Of a DNA stretch of 64,000 bases, positions 30,511 to 40,118 are shown piece by piece. Under the pieces are notes generated by a model. That model was not told the DNA's origin and ran no database searches. It saw nothing but the letters and a program-made list of their open reading frames with translations. Source of the stretch: Oceanispirochaeta sp. (GTDB lineage: Bacteria; Spirochaetota; Spirochaetia; DSM-2461); NCBI GenBank assembly GCA_963666275.2, contig CAXXOA010000001.1:1248001-1312000 (forward strand), written 5' to 3'. Position 1 is the stretch's first letter; each line of letters starts with the position of its first letter. Position numbers and translations under genes: made by a program.

Positions 30511-31979
30511 CTCTTTTTTTCCGCTGTATTGAGTTCGGGAGCCTCTTCGGCAAAGGCTGCGACTTTTTTGCGGGAGATCGAAGGCTGGCAGATGGTTCCC
30601 GGTCCGGCAACGCAGCCTCCCTCGCAGGCCATGACTTCCAGAAAGTTTCCTGGAGTGTTGCCTTTGGCATAGAGTTTCAGGAGTTTTATCTGCTTTCTGT
30701 CCAGCCCTTCCATACAGAAGGGGATCACTTCAGGTGGATTCTGCAGGTATGCGGCCACAGAGTTGGAAACACCCCGGCTGACGGCAAAGCTCCGTCCCGC
30801 CTTGTGGGCTCCCGGCAAAAGGTCCGTGGCGGGAACTCCCTCTGTGCTCATTTCGGCCACATCGATGTCCGCCGCTGTCAGAAGGGCTCCCAGTTCCTCA
30901 AAGGTCATCACATAATCCACCGCTTCGGACCGGAAGGCTTCTTCCTTTTTGGCCGTACAGGGCCCGATGAAGACCGTTTTTACCCCGGAGTCCTGTTTTT
31001 TGATCATCCGGCCGGTGAGCTCCATGGGGGAGGGGGTATCGGACACCATGGGAAGCAGTTCGGGAACATGCTTTCTCACGGCCTCCACATAGGCGGGGCA
31101 GCAGGAGGTTGTCATAAGGGTTTCTCCCTTTTCCAGCCGTTCCAGAAGCTCCGCTCCTTCCTGACGGACTGTTTCGTCCGCTCCGGTGGCCACTTCGTAG
31201 ACCGCGCTGAACCCCAGCTGCAGAAGGGCTTCGTTGATCTGATTCAGAGAGCCCGGCAGCTGCCCCGCAATGGAAGGGGCGTACATGGCGGCGATTTTAT
31301 CGCCCTTTTTCATCTTATTCAGGACCTGCACAATGTGGGATCTTCCCATGATCGCCCCGAAGGGACAGGAGGTCATGCACTTGCCGCAGGAGATACATTT
31401 GGTATAGTCGATGTTTTCCCTGTCGTTTTTGTCCTTCGAGATGGCTCCCACCGGGCAGGCTTCCTCGCAGGGAACGGGGATTCTCAGGATGGCACCGTAG
31501 GGGCAGACTTTGGCGCATTTTCCGCATTTGATGCAGTTTTCCCCGTCGATCACAGACCGGCCGTTTTTGATGGATACAGCCTCTTTGGGGCAGATGCCCA
31601 CACAGGGGCGGGCCACGCAGCCCCGGCAGATGTCCGAAACGTAGTAGCGCGCACCGGGACAGGAGGAACAGGCTTCGCTGATAACAGTCAGCGTGGTTTC
31701 GGGAACCTGATCCTTTTCAATGGCTTCCCCGTAGTATTCCGCCAGGGGTTTCAGTTCATCCTGCTCGTCTTCTACCGCAAAGCCCATGGCGGCCATCATC
31801 CTGTATTTGAGGATGGCTCTGTCCTTGTATTTGCAGCAGCGGTAGGACTGGTCCATTTCATCCACCATGGTATAGGGGATACGGTCCAGATCTTTGACAG
31901 GTCTGTCATTGAGTATGTGATTGGAAAGTTTATTCAGAACCTTCCATTTCAGGTTATAGGTACTGTTAGGATTAATCAT
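30507..31979 (-). CDS. Monomeric [FeFe]-hydrogenase (HfsD-like)
   Basis: H-cluster motifs TTSCCPAY, GPCTAKKEE, EVMACEGGCVAG; several 4Fe-4S motifs. Confidence 0.9.
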   Translation of the reverse strand: MINPNSTYNLKWKVLNKLSNHILNDRPVKDLDRIPYTMVDEMDQSYRCCKYKDRAILKYRMMAAMGFAVEDEQDELKPLAEYYGEAIEKDQVPETTLTVISEACSSCPGARYYVSDICRGCVARPCVGICPKEAVSIKNGRSVIDGENCIKCGKCAKVCPYGAILRIPVPCEEACPVGAISKDKNDRENIDYTKCISCGKCMTSCPFGAIMGRSHIVQVLNKMKKGDKIAAMYAPSIAGQLPGSLNQINEALLQLGFSAVYEVATGADETVRQEGAELLERLEKGETLMTTSCCPAYVEAVRKHVPELLPMVSDTPSPMELTGRMIKKQDSGVKTVFIGPCTAKKEEAFRSEAVDYVMTFEELGALLTAADIDVAEMSTEGVPATDLLPGAHKAGRSFAVSRGVSNSVAAYLQNPPEVIPFCMEGLDRKQIKLLKLYAKGNTPGNFLEVMACEGGCVAGPGTICQPSISRKKVAAFAEEAPELNTAEKKS

Positions 31980-31992
31980 AAATTCCTCGGTT

Positions 31993-32256
31993 TTAAATTG
32001 TGTTATAGATTTCTTTGATAATGGCCACGGCTTCGTCCAGGGCCAGGCCGAAGTGTGCTGTCCCGTTGATGACCATGCAGGGGAATTTCCCTTCCCTGCT
32101 TTTTTTGCAGTGCCCCAGGCAGGTGACCCCCCGGATGTCCAGGCTGGCCATGATCTGTTCGCTCAGGTTCTCTTCCAGAAGGAAGTAGTTGCTTCCCCCT
32201 GTGACATAGCACATGGTTCCTGTACAAAGGGTGATTTCGATTTTTTTCATTTCCAT
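31993..32256 (-). CDS. Thioredoxin-like [2Fe-2S] protein (NuoE-like)
   Basis: CTGTMC...CLGHC. Confidence 0.8.
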   Translation of the reverse strand: MEMKKIEITLCTGTMCYVTGGSNYFLLEENLSEQIMASLDIRGVTCLGHCKKSREGKFPCMVINGTAHFGLALDEAVAIIKEIYNTI

Positions 32257-32274
32257 TTTTCTATCCGTTTTTTC

Positions 32275-33456
32275 CTAGATATAGCTCATAATAATCTGTT
32301 TCAGGAATTTATCCTTCATCAGATCCGCGATTTTCTTGACAATATTCCGCCGGATTTCCAGTTCCATGGGAATGTTGGGGTCCTGATGGGCCTCGTTAAT
32401 CCTGGTGCCCACCACAAAATGGATGATATCCGAATCCATCATGGCCTCTACAATCTTCTGGGCGGGGTTCCCCGAAGTGACAGGTTCCTGCTGGTTCCTC
32501 GTGAGATACTCGGACACCTTTCCCAGGGTGATGATCCCTTCTGTTATGAGGGTGACTCCTTCCATCCGGGAGGAGGGGGGAATCTCGTCGGTCATGGAGG
32601 ACATATCCACTTCGATGTCCCGTTCCAGTTCCCGGGCGACGATATTGGCGGTGGTGCCGCCGCTGATAATGGACTTCCCTTCAAAGTCCCGGATCATCTC
32701 GGCCAGCCCCCTGTCCCTGTCGGGGTTGTAGGGAGGCCCTGTGGCAATGATAAGTTTCCGGGGGTTCCGGAAGTAGATGGATCCGCAGGTAATATCGTCC
32801 TTGGCTTTGAACACATCGTTTTTCAGGCTCTCTTTGACAACCTTCCTGGCCAGTTCGTTGGAGGAGATTTCCGGATCCCGCGCCAGGGTTTTCCGGATAA
32901 ACAGGCGCACATTGTCATCGCCCCATCCCAGAGGCCAGAGCCTGGTTCCCAGGCCCGACTGGGTCACCCCGTCGGAGAAGAAGATAAGCCTGTCGCCCGG
33001 CCGGGCAGTAAAATTGCAGCTTGTGATTTCGTTTCGGTTGACCGTACCGGGATTGAAGGTGATGGTGCTGCCCTCCAGGGGGGTGATCTCCCCGTCCCGG
33101 ATCAGGATAAAACGGGGATTGTCGTATTCCAGTATCTGAACCTTTCCCTTTTCGTCTATGTCCACGATGGTAAAGGTGGCGTAGCTGATCTGCCTTTCGC
33201 TGCACACCGGCAGGGTCCGGGAGATCAGTTCCGCCGTCTGCAGGGCGGGCAGGTTCTTTTCGATGGCCCGCATGGCCATGGTGGCTGTCAGGGAAGAGAG
33301 CACGCTGGCCCGGATCCCGCTGCCCAGTCCGTCGGAAAGGATGGAGATCATCCTTTGCCGGCCTTCGGCCTTGCGGGAGAGGAAGGCGTCCCCCGGAGCG
33401 GATTCGCCCTCCTTTTTAACCTGATAGTAGCCCACATCCAGAAAGGTATCTTTCAT
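32275..33456 (-). CDS. SpoIIE/PP2C-type serine phosphatase (HfsC-like)
   Basis: LSDGLGSG, FSDGVTQ, KDDIT. Confidence 0.88.
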   Translation of the reverse strand: MKDTFLDVGYYQVKKEGESAPGDAFLSRKAEGRQRMISILSDGLGSGIRASVLSSLTATMAMRAIEKNLPALQTAELISRTLPVCSERQISYATFTIVDIDEKGKVQILEYDNPRFILIRDGEITPLEGSTITFNPGTVNRNEITSCNFTARPGDRLIFFSDGVTQSGLGTRLWPLGWGDDNVRLFIRKTLARDPEISSNELARKVVKESLKNDVFKAKDDITCGSIYFRNPRKLIIATGPPYNPDRDRGLAEMIRDFEGKSIISGGTTANIVARELERDIEVDMSSMTDEIPPSSRMEGVTLITEGIITLGKVSEYLTRNQQEPVTSGNPAQKIVEAMMDSDIIHFVVGTRINEAHQDPNIPMELEIRRNIVKKIADLMKDKFLKQIIMSYI

Positions 33457-35171
33457 GATTTATTGTCCGCACTGAAGGACTCAATGATGGTGTTGAGCAT
33501 CACTTCGCTTTCGGCGGCATTCTCTCCCAGCAGAAACGCGATCTGCTGAACCGCTTCCACATTCTTTTCCATCACCTGTTTGGCCTGGCGGATAATCCTC
33601 TCTTTCTGCACCTGAGGGCTCGTGACATCCTGGAAGATGCCCCCCACCGCCTGGTTGGGTTCAATGCAGAAAACCGATCCCTCCAGGATTCTGTCCCCCA
33701 CCTGGAAGGTCTGCCTTGTCATGTGCTCTTCCACCGCCAGGGCTCCCTGGAAAACAGCCGAATAGGGCAGGATCTTTTCGAGGACAGCCCCTTTGAGACC
33801 GGGACGGGCCGAATAGGCTGCCTCTGTTTCCATGCCCATCAGTTTGGCAAAGGCTTTGTTGCACTCTATGATTTTCATGTCCTGATCCACAATGACCACT
33901 CCCGAAGGCATGGTCTTGATCAGGGCGTTGGATTTTTTCTCGCTCAGTTTTTTCAGATAGGTGATGCACATATCCTTTTCGGCCCGTTTTTCAAGAAAGG
34001 CCCGGGCGTAGTCCCGGCAGGTCATGTAACCACAGGCGCCGCAGTTCTTCTCATCTTCCCTGTCGTATTTACCGATTTTCCGCAGAGCCGACTGGAGCTG
34101 TTCCTCGCTGAACGCCGCCGGAACAGCCGGCTGGATCTGCCTGACTGCGGTGATATCTTCGATCTGGAACTCTTTCTGCTCCACCGTATCGGGGAGTTTC
34201 CGGGCGTAGTCGGTGACCATGCACTGTTTGATGGCCGAGCCTACCTTTCTTGTAGCCACAGGGCCGTTGATGCAGCCCCCCTTGCAGGCCAGAAGCTCCA
34301 GAAACAGGGGCCCCTCGGTTATGATATTCTCCAGTCCGTTCAGGATCTCTCCCATGGAGTGGATGTCGGAGAAGCTCAGCATCTGACCCTTCGGCATCTC
34401 TTCGGTCTGATGGCGCATGCTGGCGATCATTCCCCCTTCCGAGGGGTAGAGGGCTCCGTCCCGGGAGGTGGAGGGGACAAATACATCTTCCTCGTCCGCT
34501 ACTTCCCCGGCGGGATCTATATTGCTCTCGTCGAGCCATTTATGCAGATCGTCGAAGGAGATCGCCAGGTTCAGAAGGTCCGGGCGGAGATCGGCTTCGC
34601 GTTTTTTGGAGATACAGGGGCCCGCAAAGATAATGGAGATATCCTCGCCGTAGTATTTTTTCAGCAGCCGGCAGTGGGTCTGCAGGGGAGAGAGGGACTC
34701 GGTCATACAGTCGCTCAGACCGCTCTGGTATTTTTTAATGTACTCCACAATGGTGGGGCAGGCGGTGGAGATAAAAATACCGCTGCTGTTTTTATTCAGG
34801 ATCTCTATGGTATGCCGGGATACCTCATGGGCTCCCAGAGCGGTTTCGGAGATCCCGTGGAATCCCAGTTTTTTCAGGGCTTTGATGAGCTGCGCGGGAG
34901 TGGCTCCGGGAAACTCGCTGACAAAAGAGGGCGCCAGAGAGAGGAACACCTTCTCTTCCGTGGCAATGAGCCTTTTGGCCCGGGAAAGGTCATTCCGGAT
35001 TTTTTTGGCTCCCACCGGGCAGACCTGAACACAGTTTCCGCAGAGGATGCAGTGGTCGGTCATAATACGGGCATGGCCGTCCTGAACTTCTATGGTTTTA
35101 ACCGGGCAGTGACGGACGCATTTATAGCAGTCCTGGCACTCGGTTTCTTCGGTATAGATTGGATTGAGCAT
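33453..35171 (-). CDS. Sensory [FeFe]-hydrogenase with FeS and PAS domains (HfsB/HydS-like)
   Basis: Variant H-cluster motifs STACP, GPCISKKRE, ELLACKGGCING; CGACGYMTC; C-terminal PAS and coiled coil. Confidence 0.88.
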   Translation of the reverse strand: MLNPIYTEETECQDCYKCVRHCPVKTIEVQDGHARIMTDHCILCGNCVQVCPVGAKKIRNDLSRAKRLIATEEKVFLSLAPSFVSEFPGATPAQLIKALKKLGFHGISETALGAHEVSRHTIEILNKNSSGIFISTACPTIVEYIKKYQSGLSDCMTESLSPLQTHCRLLKKYYGEDISIIFAGPCISKKREADLRPDLLNLAISFDDLHKWLDESNIDPAGEVADEEDVFVPSTSRDGALYPSEGGMIASMRHQTEEMPKGQMLSFSDIHSMGEILNGLENIITEGPLFLELLACKGGCINGPVATRKVGSAIKQCMVTDYARKLPDTVEQKEFQIEDITAVRQIQPAVPAAFSEEQLQSALRKIGKYDREDEKNCGACGYMTCRDYARAFLEKRAEKDMCITYLKKLSEKKSNALIKTMPSGVVIVDQDMKIIECNKAFAKLMGMETEAAYSARPGLKGAVLEKILPYSAVFQGALAVEEHMTRQTFQVGDRILEGSVFCIEPNQAVGGIFQDVTSPQVQKERIIRQAKQVMEKNVEAVQQIAFLLGENAAESEVMLNTIIESFSADNKS

Positions 35172-35180
35172 ATAGCCTCT

Positions 35181-35432
35181 TTACTTCTGACAAAAGTTAT
35201 CCAGCAGATCCGGCAGATCAGATTCGGTTACATTGGTATGGATCTCATCGTTCAAATAGATCACCGGACCTTTCCGGCATTTTTCCTGGCACAGGGCACC
35301 GGTCAGGTGAACAGCGGCCTCAATCCCGTTATCAGACAGGTATTTCTGGATGATTTTGAGATTACCGTTGTTTCCCCTGGTAAAACAAGAGCTGCCCATG
35401 CAGATTGTTATGGTTTTTTTATTCACAGCCAT
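35181..35432 (-). CDS. [2Fe-2S] ferredoxin (HfsA-like)
   Basis: ICMGSSCFTRGN...LCQEKCRKGP. Confidence 0.85.
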   Translation of the reverse strand: MAVNKKTITICMGSSCFTRGNNGNLKIIQKYLSDNGIEAAVHLTGALCQEKCRKGPVIYLNDEIHTNVTESDLPDLLDNFCQK

Positions 35433-35489
35433 AAAAACCTCCCCATGACCCTGATTATAGTTATAATACAGATTTAGTCAATAATTAAT

Positions 35490-35575
35490 TATCGATATAA
35501 ATATATTTAATATTTCCAAAAAAGGGTTGACAAAAAACCCTATACGTAAAAATATATCGATATAAATATACTTAA
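35490..35575. promoter_or_regulatory. 21-bp direct repeat pair flanking a TTGACA box in the divergent hfs/adhE intergenic region
   Basis: TATCGATATAAATATAYTTAA at 35490-35510 and 35555-35575 (20/21 identical); TTGACA at 35527-35532. Confidence 0.65.
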
Positions 35576-35590
35576 ACACGGGAGATTCAA

Positions 35591-38239
35591 ATGGCTAAAG
35601 ACGAAAATACAGTCCTTAAGTTGAAAAAAGATCTGGATGAGACTATTCAGAAAGTAAAAGATGCACAGAAGATCTATGCCTCGTTTTCACAGGAGCAGGT
35701 GGACGAGATTTTCAGACAGTCGGCCATTGCCGCCAACGATGCCAGAATCTCTCTTGCCAAAATGGCCGTGGAAGAGACAGGGATGGGAATTGTGGAAGAC
35801 AAGGTGATCAAAAACCACTTTGCTTCGGAGTTCATTTTCAATAAATACAAAGATACAAAAACCTGCGGGATCCTGGAGGACGACGGTACCTACGGGATCA
35901 AGAAAGTGGCCGAACCTATCGGAGTGCTCTGCGGTATCGTTCCCACCACCAACCCCACGTCCACAGCGATTTTCAAGGCCCTGATAGCTTTGAAAACACG
36001 GAATGCCATTATATTCTCTCCCCATCCCCGGGCGGCGAAGTGCACAGTCAAAGCCGCTCAGATCGTTCTGGATGCAGCGGTAAAAGCCGGAGCCCCCATA
36101 GATATCATAGGCTGGGTGGCCGAGCCCTCCCTGGAGCTCTCCCAGCATCTGCTGGCCCACAGGGATATCAATATGATCCTGGCCACAGGGGGCCCCGGAA
36201 TGGTCAAGGCCGCCTACTCGTCGGGAAAACCCGCCGTGGGAGTAGGGGCGGGAAACACCCCGGCCCTGATGGACGAATCCGCAGATATCAAAATGGCCGT
36301 CAGCTCTGTTCTGATGAGCAAAACCTTTGACAACGGCGTGATCTGCGCCTCCGAGCAGTCCATTATTGTTCATAAGAGCCTTTACAGCGATGTGAAGAAA
36401 GAGCTCCTGGCAAGGGGCGCCCTGATCCTGACGGAAGATCAGAAAAAGAAGGTGGCCGGCCTGATCATTGACCCCGACAGAGGCACCATCAACCCCAAAA
36501 TTGTGGGACAGAAGGCGGCGGACATAGCCAAAATGGCAGGATTCGATGTGGATCCGGATACAAAAGTCCTGATCGGCGAAGTCACGGATATTACAGAGGC
36601 AGAGCCCTTTGCCCATGAAAAACTGAGCCCCTGTCTGGCCATGTACAAGTGCAATGACTTTGAAGACGGCCTGATGAAAGCCAAGGCCCTGGTGGAACTG
36701 GGCGGTATCGGCCACACATCGGTGCTTTACACAAACGATAAAAACGACGACAGGATCAAACGGTTCGGCGATGTGATCAAAACCGGTCGGGTCCTTGTGA
36801 ATATGCCTTCCTCCCACGGCGCCATCGGCGACCTTTACAACTTCCGCCTGGAACCCTCACTGACCCTGGGCTGCGGCAGCTGGGGAGGCAACTCGGTGAG
36901 TGAGAACGTAGGGGTCAAACATCTATTGAATGTGAAAACTGTGGCAGAAAGGAGAGAAAACATGCTCTGGTTCCGGATTCCCCCGAAAGTCTACAACAAG
37001 TACGGATGCCTCCCCATCGCTCTGAAGGAGCTGCAGGGCAAAAAACGGGCCTTCATCGTGACCGACTCCTATCTGTACGACAGCGGCTGCGTGGACAGGG
37101 TGACAAGGATCCTCAAACCCCTGGGTGTGGAGGTGGAGTGCTTTCACCATGTAAAACCGGACCCCACGCTGAGTACCATCAACGAAGGCCTGGCTGTGAT
37201 GAACACTTTCAACCCCGATGTGATCATCGGCCTGGGAGGGGGTTCCCCCATGGATGCGGCCAAGATCATGTGGCTCCTCTACGAACACCCTGAAGTCCAC
37301 TTCGAAGGCCTGGCCATGCGCTTTATGGACATAGAAAAGAGGATCTACAGCTTTCCCGATATGGGCAAAAAGGCCGAGATGGTGGCTATACCCACCACCT
37401 CCGGAACAGGAAGCGAGGTGACTCCCTTCTCAGTTGTGACAGACGACAGAACAGGCCTGAAATACCCCATTGCCGACTACGCTCTGACCCCCAATATGGC
37501 CATTGTGGACCCCGAACTTGTAATGACCATGCCCAAGGGCCTGACCGCCGCCAGCGGTATCGACGCCATTACCCACTCACTGGAGGCCTTCGTGAGCATC
37601 ATGGCCAGCGACTACACCAACGGTCTGGCTCTTGAGTCTCTGAGGATCCTCTTTAAATATCTGCCCCTGTCCTACAAAAACGGTCCGGTAGATAAAAAAG
37701 CCAAAGAGAAGGTCCACAACGCCAGCTGTATAGCCGGTATGGCCTTTGCCAACGCCTTTTTAGGGGTTTGCCACTCTATGGCCCACAAACTGGGAGCGGC
37801 CTTCCATATTCCCCACGGTGTGGCCAATGCCCTGATGATCAACGAGGTGATCCGTTTCAACGCCACGGACAACCCCACAAAACAGACAGCCTTTCCCCAG
37901 TACGAGTATCCCACAGCGATCTCCCGGTACGCCCGGGTGGCCGACTACCTGGGACTGGGAGGAAAAGAAGATATGGATAAGGTGGAAAACCTTATCAGCA
38001 AACTGGACGAGCTCAAAAAAGAGCTGAATATCCCTGCTACCATCAAAGAATACGGCATCGACGAAAAAGAGTTCCTGGCTCAGGTCGATGAGCTGGCCGA
38101 ACAGGCCTTTGATGATCAGTGTACCGGAGGTAATCCGCGGTATCCTCTGATACGCGAAATAAAGCAGATGTATCTGAATGCCTTTTACGGCAAGATGTAC
38201 GCTGTCAATTCCAGTAAAAAAGCGGCCAAAGCCGGCTGA
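35591..38239 (+). CDS. adhE: Bifunctional acetaldehyde-CoA/alcohol dehydrogenase
   Basis: PTTNPTST, ATGGPGMV, TFDNGVICASEQ, GGGSPMDAAK, HSMAHKLG. Confidence 0.97.
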   Translation: MAKDENTVLKLKKDLDETIQKVKDAQKIYASFSQEQVDEIFRQSAIAANDARISLAKMAVEETGMGIVEDKVIKNHFASEFIFNKYKDTKTCGILEDDGTYGIKKVAEPIGVLCGIVPTTNPTSTAIFKALIALKTRNAIIFSPHPRAAKCTVKAAQIVLDAAVKAGAPIDIIGWVAEPSLELSQHLLAHRDINMILATGGPGMVKAAYSSGKPAVGVGAGNTPALMDESADIKMAVSSVLMSKTFDNGVICASEQSIIVHKSLYSDVKKELLARGALILTEDQKKKVAGLIIDPDRGTINPKIVGQKAADIAKMAGFDVDPDTKVLIGEVTDITEAEPFAHEKLSPCLAMYKCNDFEDGLMKAKALVELGGIGHTSVLYTNDKNDDRIKRFGDVIKTGRVLVNMPSSHGAIGDLYNFRLEPSLTLGCGSWGGNSVSENVGVKHLLNVKTVAERRENMLWFRIPPKVYNKYGCLPIALKELQGKKRAFIVTDSYLYDSGCVDRVTRILKPLGVEVECFHHVKPDPTLSTINEGLAVMNTFNPDVIIGLGGGSPMDAAKIMWLLYEHPEVHFEGLAMRFMDIEKRIYSFPDMGKKAEMVAIPTTSGTGSEVTPFSVVTDDRTGLKYPIADYALTPNMAIVDPELVMTMPKGLTAASGIDAITHSLEAFVSIMASDYTNGLALESLRILFKYLPLSYKNGPVDKKAKEKVHNASCIAGMAFANAFLGVCHSMAHKLGAAFHIPHGVANALMINEVIRFNATDNPTKQTAFPQYEYPTAISRYARVADYLGLGGKEDMDKVENLISKLDELKKELNIPATIKEYGIDEKEFLAQVDELAEQAFDDQCTGGNPRYPLIREIKQMYLNAFYGKMYAVNSSKKAAKAG

Positions 38240-38324
38240 TTTACCGGTAACTCCGCCTGACCGGGTTTCCTCCTTTATTCCCGGCGGGCGGGTGCTTTTT
38301 TTAGAATAGAATTCCTCACCGCGG

Positions 38325-38355
38325 CCGCCCCTTGTTAAGGGGCGGTTTTTTTTCT
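38325..38355 (+). terminator. Intrinsic terminator
   Basis: CCGCCCCTT-gtt-AAGGGGCGG followed by T-run. Confidence 0.8.
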
Positions 38356-38473
38356 TTCATCAAAAAATATACCCTGTGTACGAGTTTCTAGAATTAAGTG
38401 AAATAAAACGAAATATTTGCGGTCAACTGAAAAAGATGTTGCCTAAAATAAGAGGGAGAAATAGAATAAGGTT

Positions 38474-38767
38474 ATGAATATTACTGTCCCGAAGGAATAT
38501 GAATCAGACATTCAGCTTGCGTACGAATATTTATCAAAAGCAGGGTGTACTGAAATCTTTCTCTTCGGTTCATTAGCTGATGATACATGTAACTCCGAAT
38601 CGGATATTGATATTGCCGTTAAAGGGTTAGAGAAGAATAAGTTTTTTCATGTTTATGGAGAGTTATTCAGGATACTGGAACACCCTTTTGATCTCATCGG
38701 GCTGGACTATGATAATGATTTTTCCAAAGAGATCCTGAGAAGCGGTACATTGAAACGTGTCTCCTGA
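38474..38767 (+). CDS. Minimal nucleotidyltransferase (MNT) antitoxin
   Basis: FGS-x10-DID motif. Confidence 0.85.
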   Translation: MNITVPKEYESDIQLAYEYLSKAGCTEIFLFGSLADDTCNSESDIDIAVKGLEKNKFFHVYGELFRILEHPFDLIGLDYDNDFSKEILRSGTLKRVS

Positions 38768-39188
38768 TAAAATCCCATCAGAAAAAATTGAATATGAACT
38801 TTCTCAAATAAATAAAGAGAGTGAAATCATAGAGTTGCTTGCCAGAAAACTAAGTGTTTCCCAATTGGATGAAATAGAATTGCGAGCAGCTGCAGCATCA
38901 ATGCAATCTGTCTATAATGGATATGAAAAGATTCTCATATTAATTTTAAAAAGTTTAAAATACGTTCTTCCTACTACCCAATCCTGGCATTCAGATCTGT
39001 TAGTCATTTCAAAGGATAATAATATCATATCAGAAAGGTTAGAGTCACAGTTAAGGGATTTAATGGCTTTCAGGCATTTTATCCGTCATTCATATAGCTT
39101 TATGCTAGATAGTGAGCAATTGGAACCTTTGTTAAAGAACATGGAGTATTTGCTCAAGGATTTTAAGAGGGAAATCTTAAGTTTTTAA
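38757..39188 (+). CDS. HEPN-domain RNase toxin (HepT-like)
   Basis: RHFIRHSY fits Rx4HxY; overlaps the MNT gene. Confidence 0.82.
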   Translation: MSPDKIPSEKIEYELSQINKESEIIELLARKLSVSQLDEIELRAAAASMQSVYNGYEKILILILKSLKYVLPTTQSWHSDLLVISKDNNIISERLESQLRDLMAFRHFIRHSYSFMLDSEQLEPLLKNMEYLLKDFKREILSF

Positions 39189-39334
39189 TTCTTAAAAAGT
39201 CTCAGTATCTTTACTTTTATAGTTAATAGACTTCTCCTTACATCTATAAAGGGTGAAATTCTCTATAGTTTATGTCTGTCGTGGAAAAATCCATTAACCA
39301 GAAGTAGACTGTAGAGTTATATGGAAAAATCTTA

Positions 39335-39802
39335 ATGACTTCAGCTGTTGGATTTATAATTATCAGTGTAACTTTTCTTATTCTCTGGTTCTGGCTCTTT
39401 CTGGCCATGATTGTAAAAGTTATCCAGGTCTCCCGGCTGCGCCGGTCCGCTGTCAGGGATGAAACTTTGATGAACGATCCGGTTCCCGCTCATTTGGAAG
39501 AGTGCCGGGTGGTGTTTCACCGCTGCCGGGTGTACCCGGGGCGGCATAATTCGTTTTATGCGGCTGTGACGGCTGATGGAGATACCATATATATGGAAGC
39601 CCGGCTGGAGAATACTTTCATTGCTCTCCCCAAAAAAGATATTCGGGATATTTCAGTGAAAATGAACCGGATTTGTCCATTTTTGTCTTTCCTTGTTCTG
39701 GAACATGACAGGGCAGGGCTGGTTTCGCCTTTACTGCTGGAGCCTGATATGGTGTGGGGGTGGAAGAAGAGGCTCAGCCTGTTGGAAACTGAAAAAATAT
39801 AA
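39335..39802 (+). CDS. Hypothetical protein with N-terminal TM helix
   Basis: 155-aa ORF with hydrophobic N-terminus. Confidence 0.6.
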   Translation: MTSAVGFIIISVTFLILWFWLFLAMIVKVIQVSRLRRSAVRDETLMNDPVPAHLEECRVVFHRCRVYPGRHNSFYAAVTADGDTIYMEARLENTFIALPKKDIRDISVKMNRICPFLSFLVLEHDRAGLVSPLLLEPDMVWGWKKRLSLLETEKI

Positions 39803-39953
39803 AAATGTAAGGCAGAGAGGAGAAATCGGGTTTACAATTCCTATGACTCCCATCTGAATACCGGAGTATATCATTCCTATTCCATTCCTCCTGGATATAG
39901 CATCCGATGGAGGATTTTTTTGGGTTAAAGGTTCAGATAGCCATAATTATATA

Positions 39954-40089
39954 GACGTCTAGATAACTATATTCTGGAGAGAATTATACTGCGTGGATGT
40001 CTAGATAACTGTGTTTTTTTTGTTATCTGAGGTGGGGTTGGATGGTAAGATGGGAATTATACTGAACAGTATAATAAGTTATGTTATGC
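39954..40089 (+). other. attI-like site at the head of the cassette array
   Basis: Core GTTATGC at 40083 complements R'' GCATAAC at 42216; no attC stem upstream; repeats GAYGTCTAGATAACT (39954, 39996), inverted GTTATCT (40022), palindrome ATTATACTG-aa-CAGTATAAT (40056-40075). Confidence 0.6.
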
Positions 40090-40118
40090 AGAGCCTAAAA
40101 ATATATTTATAGGAAATA

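Noticed and set aside
38400..40080. Integron integrase or remnant upstream of the array
   Set aside because: No ORF here shows tyrosine-recombinase motifs (R...HxxR...H/Y); a very short remnant cannot be excluded without tBLASTn.
40067..40094. Chromosomal dif (XerCD) site, suggested by TTATGTTA
   Set aside because: The arms match the dif consensus poorly, and the right part is explained as the core of cassette 1.
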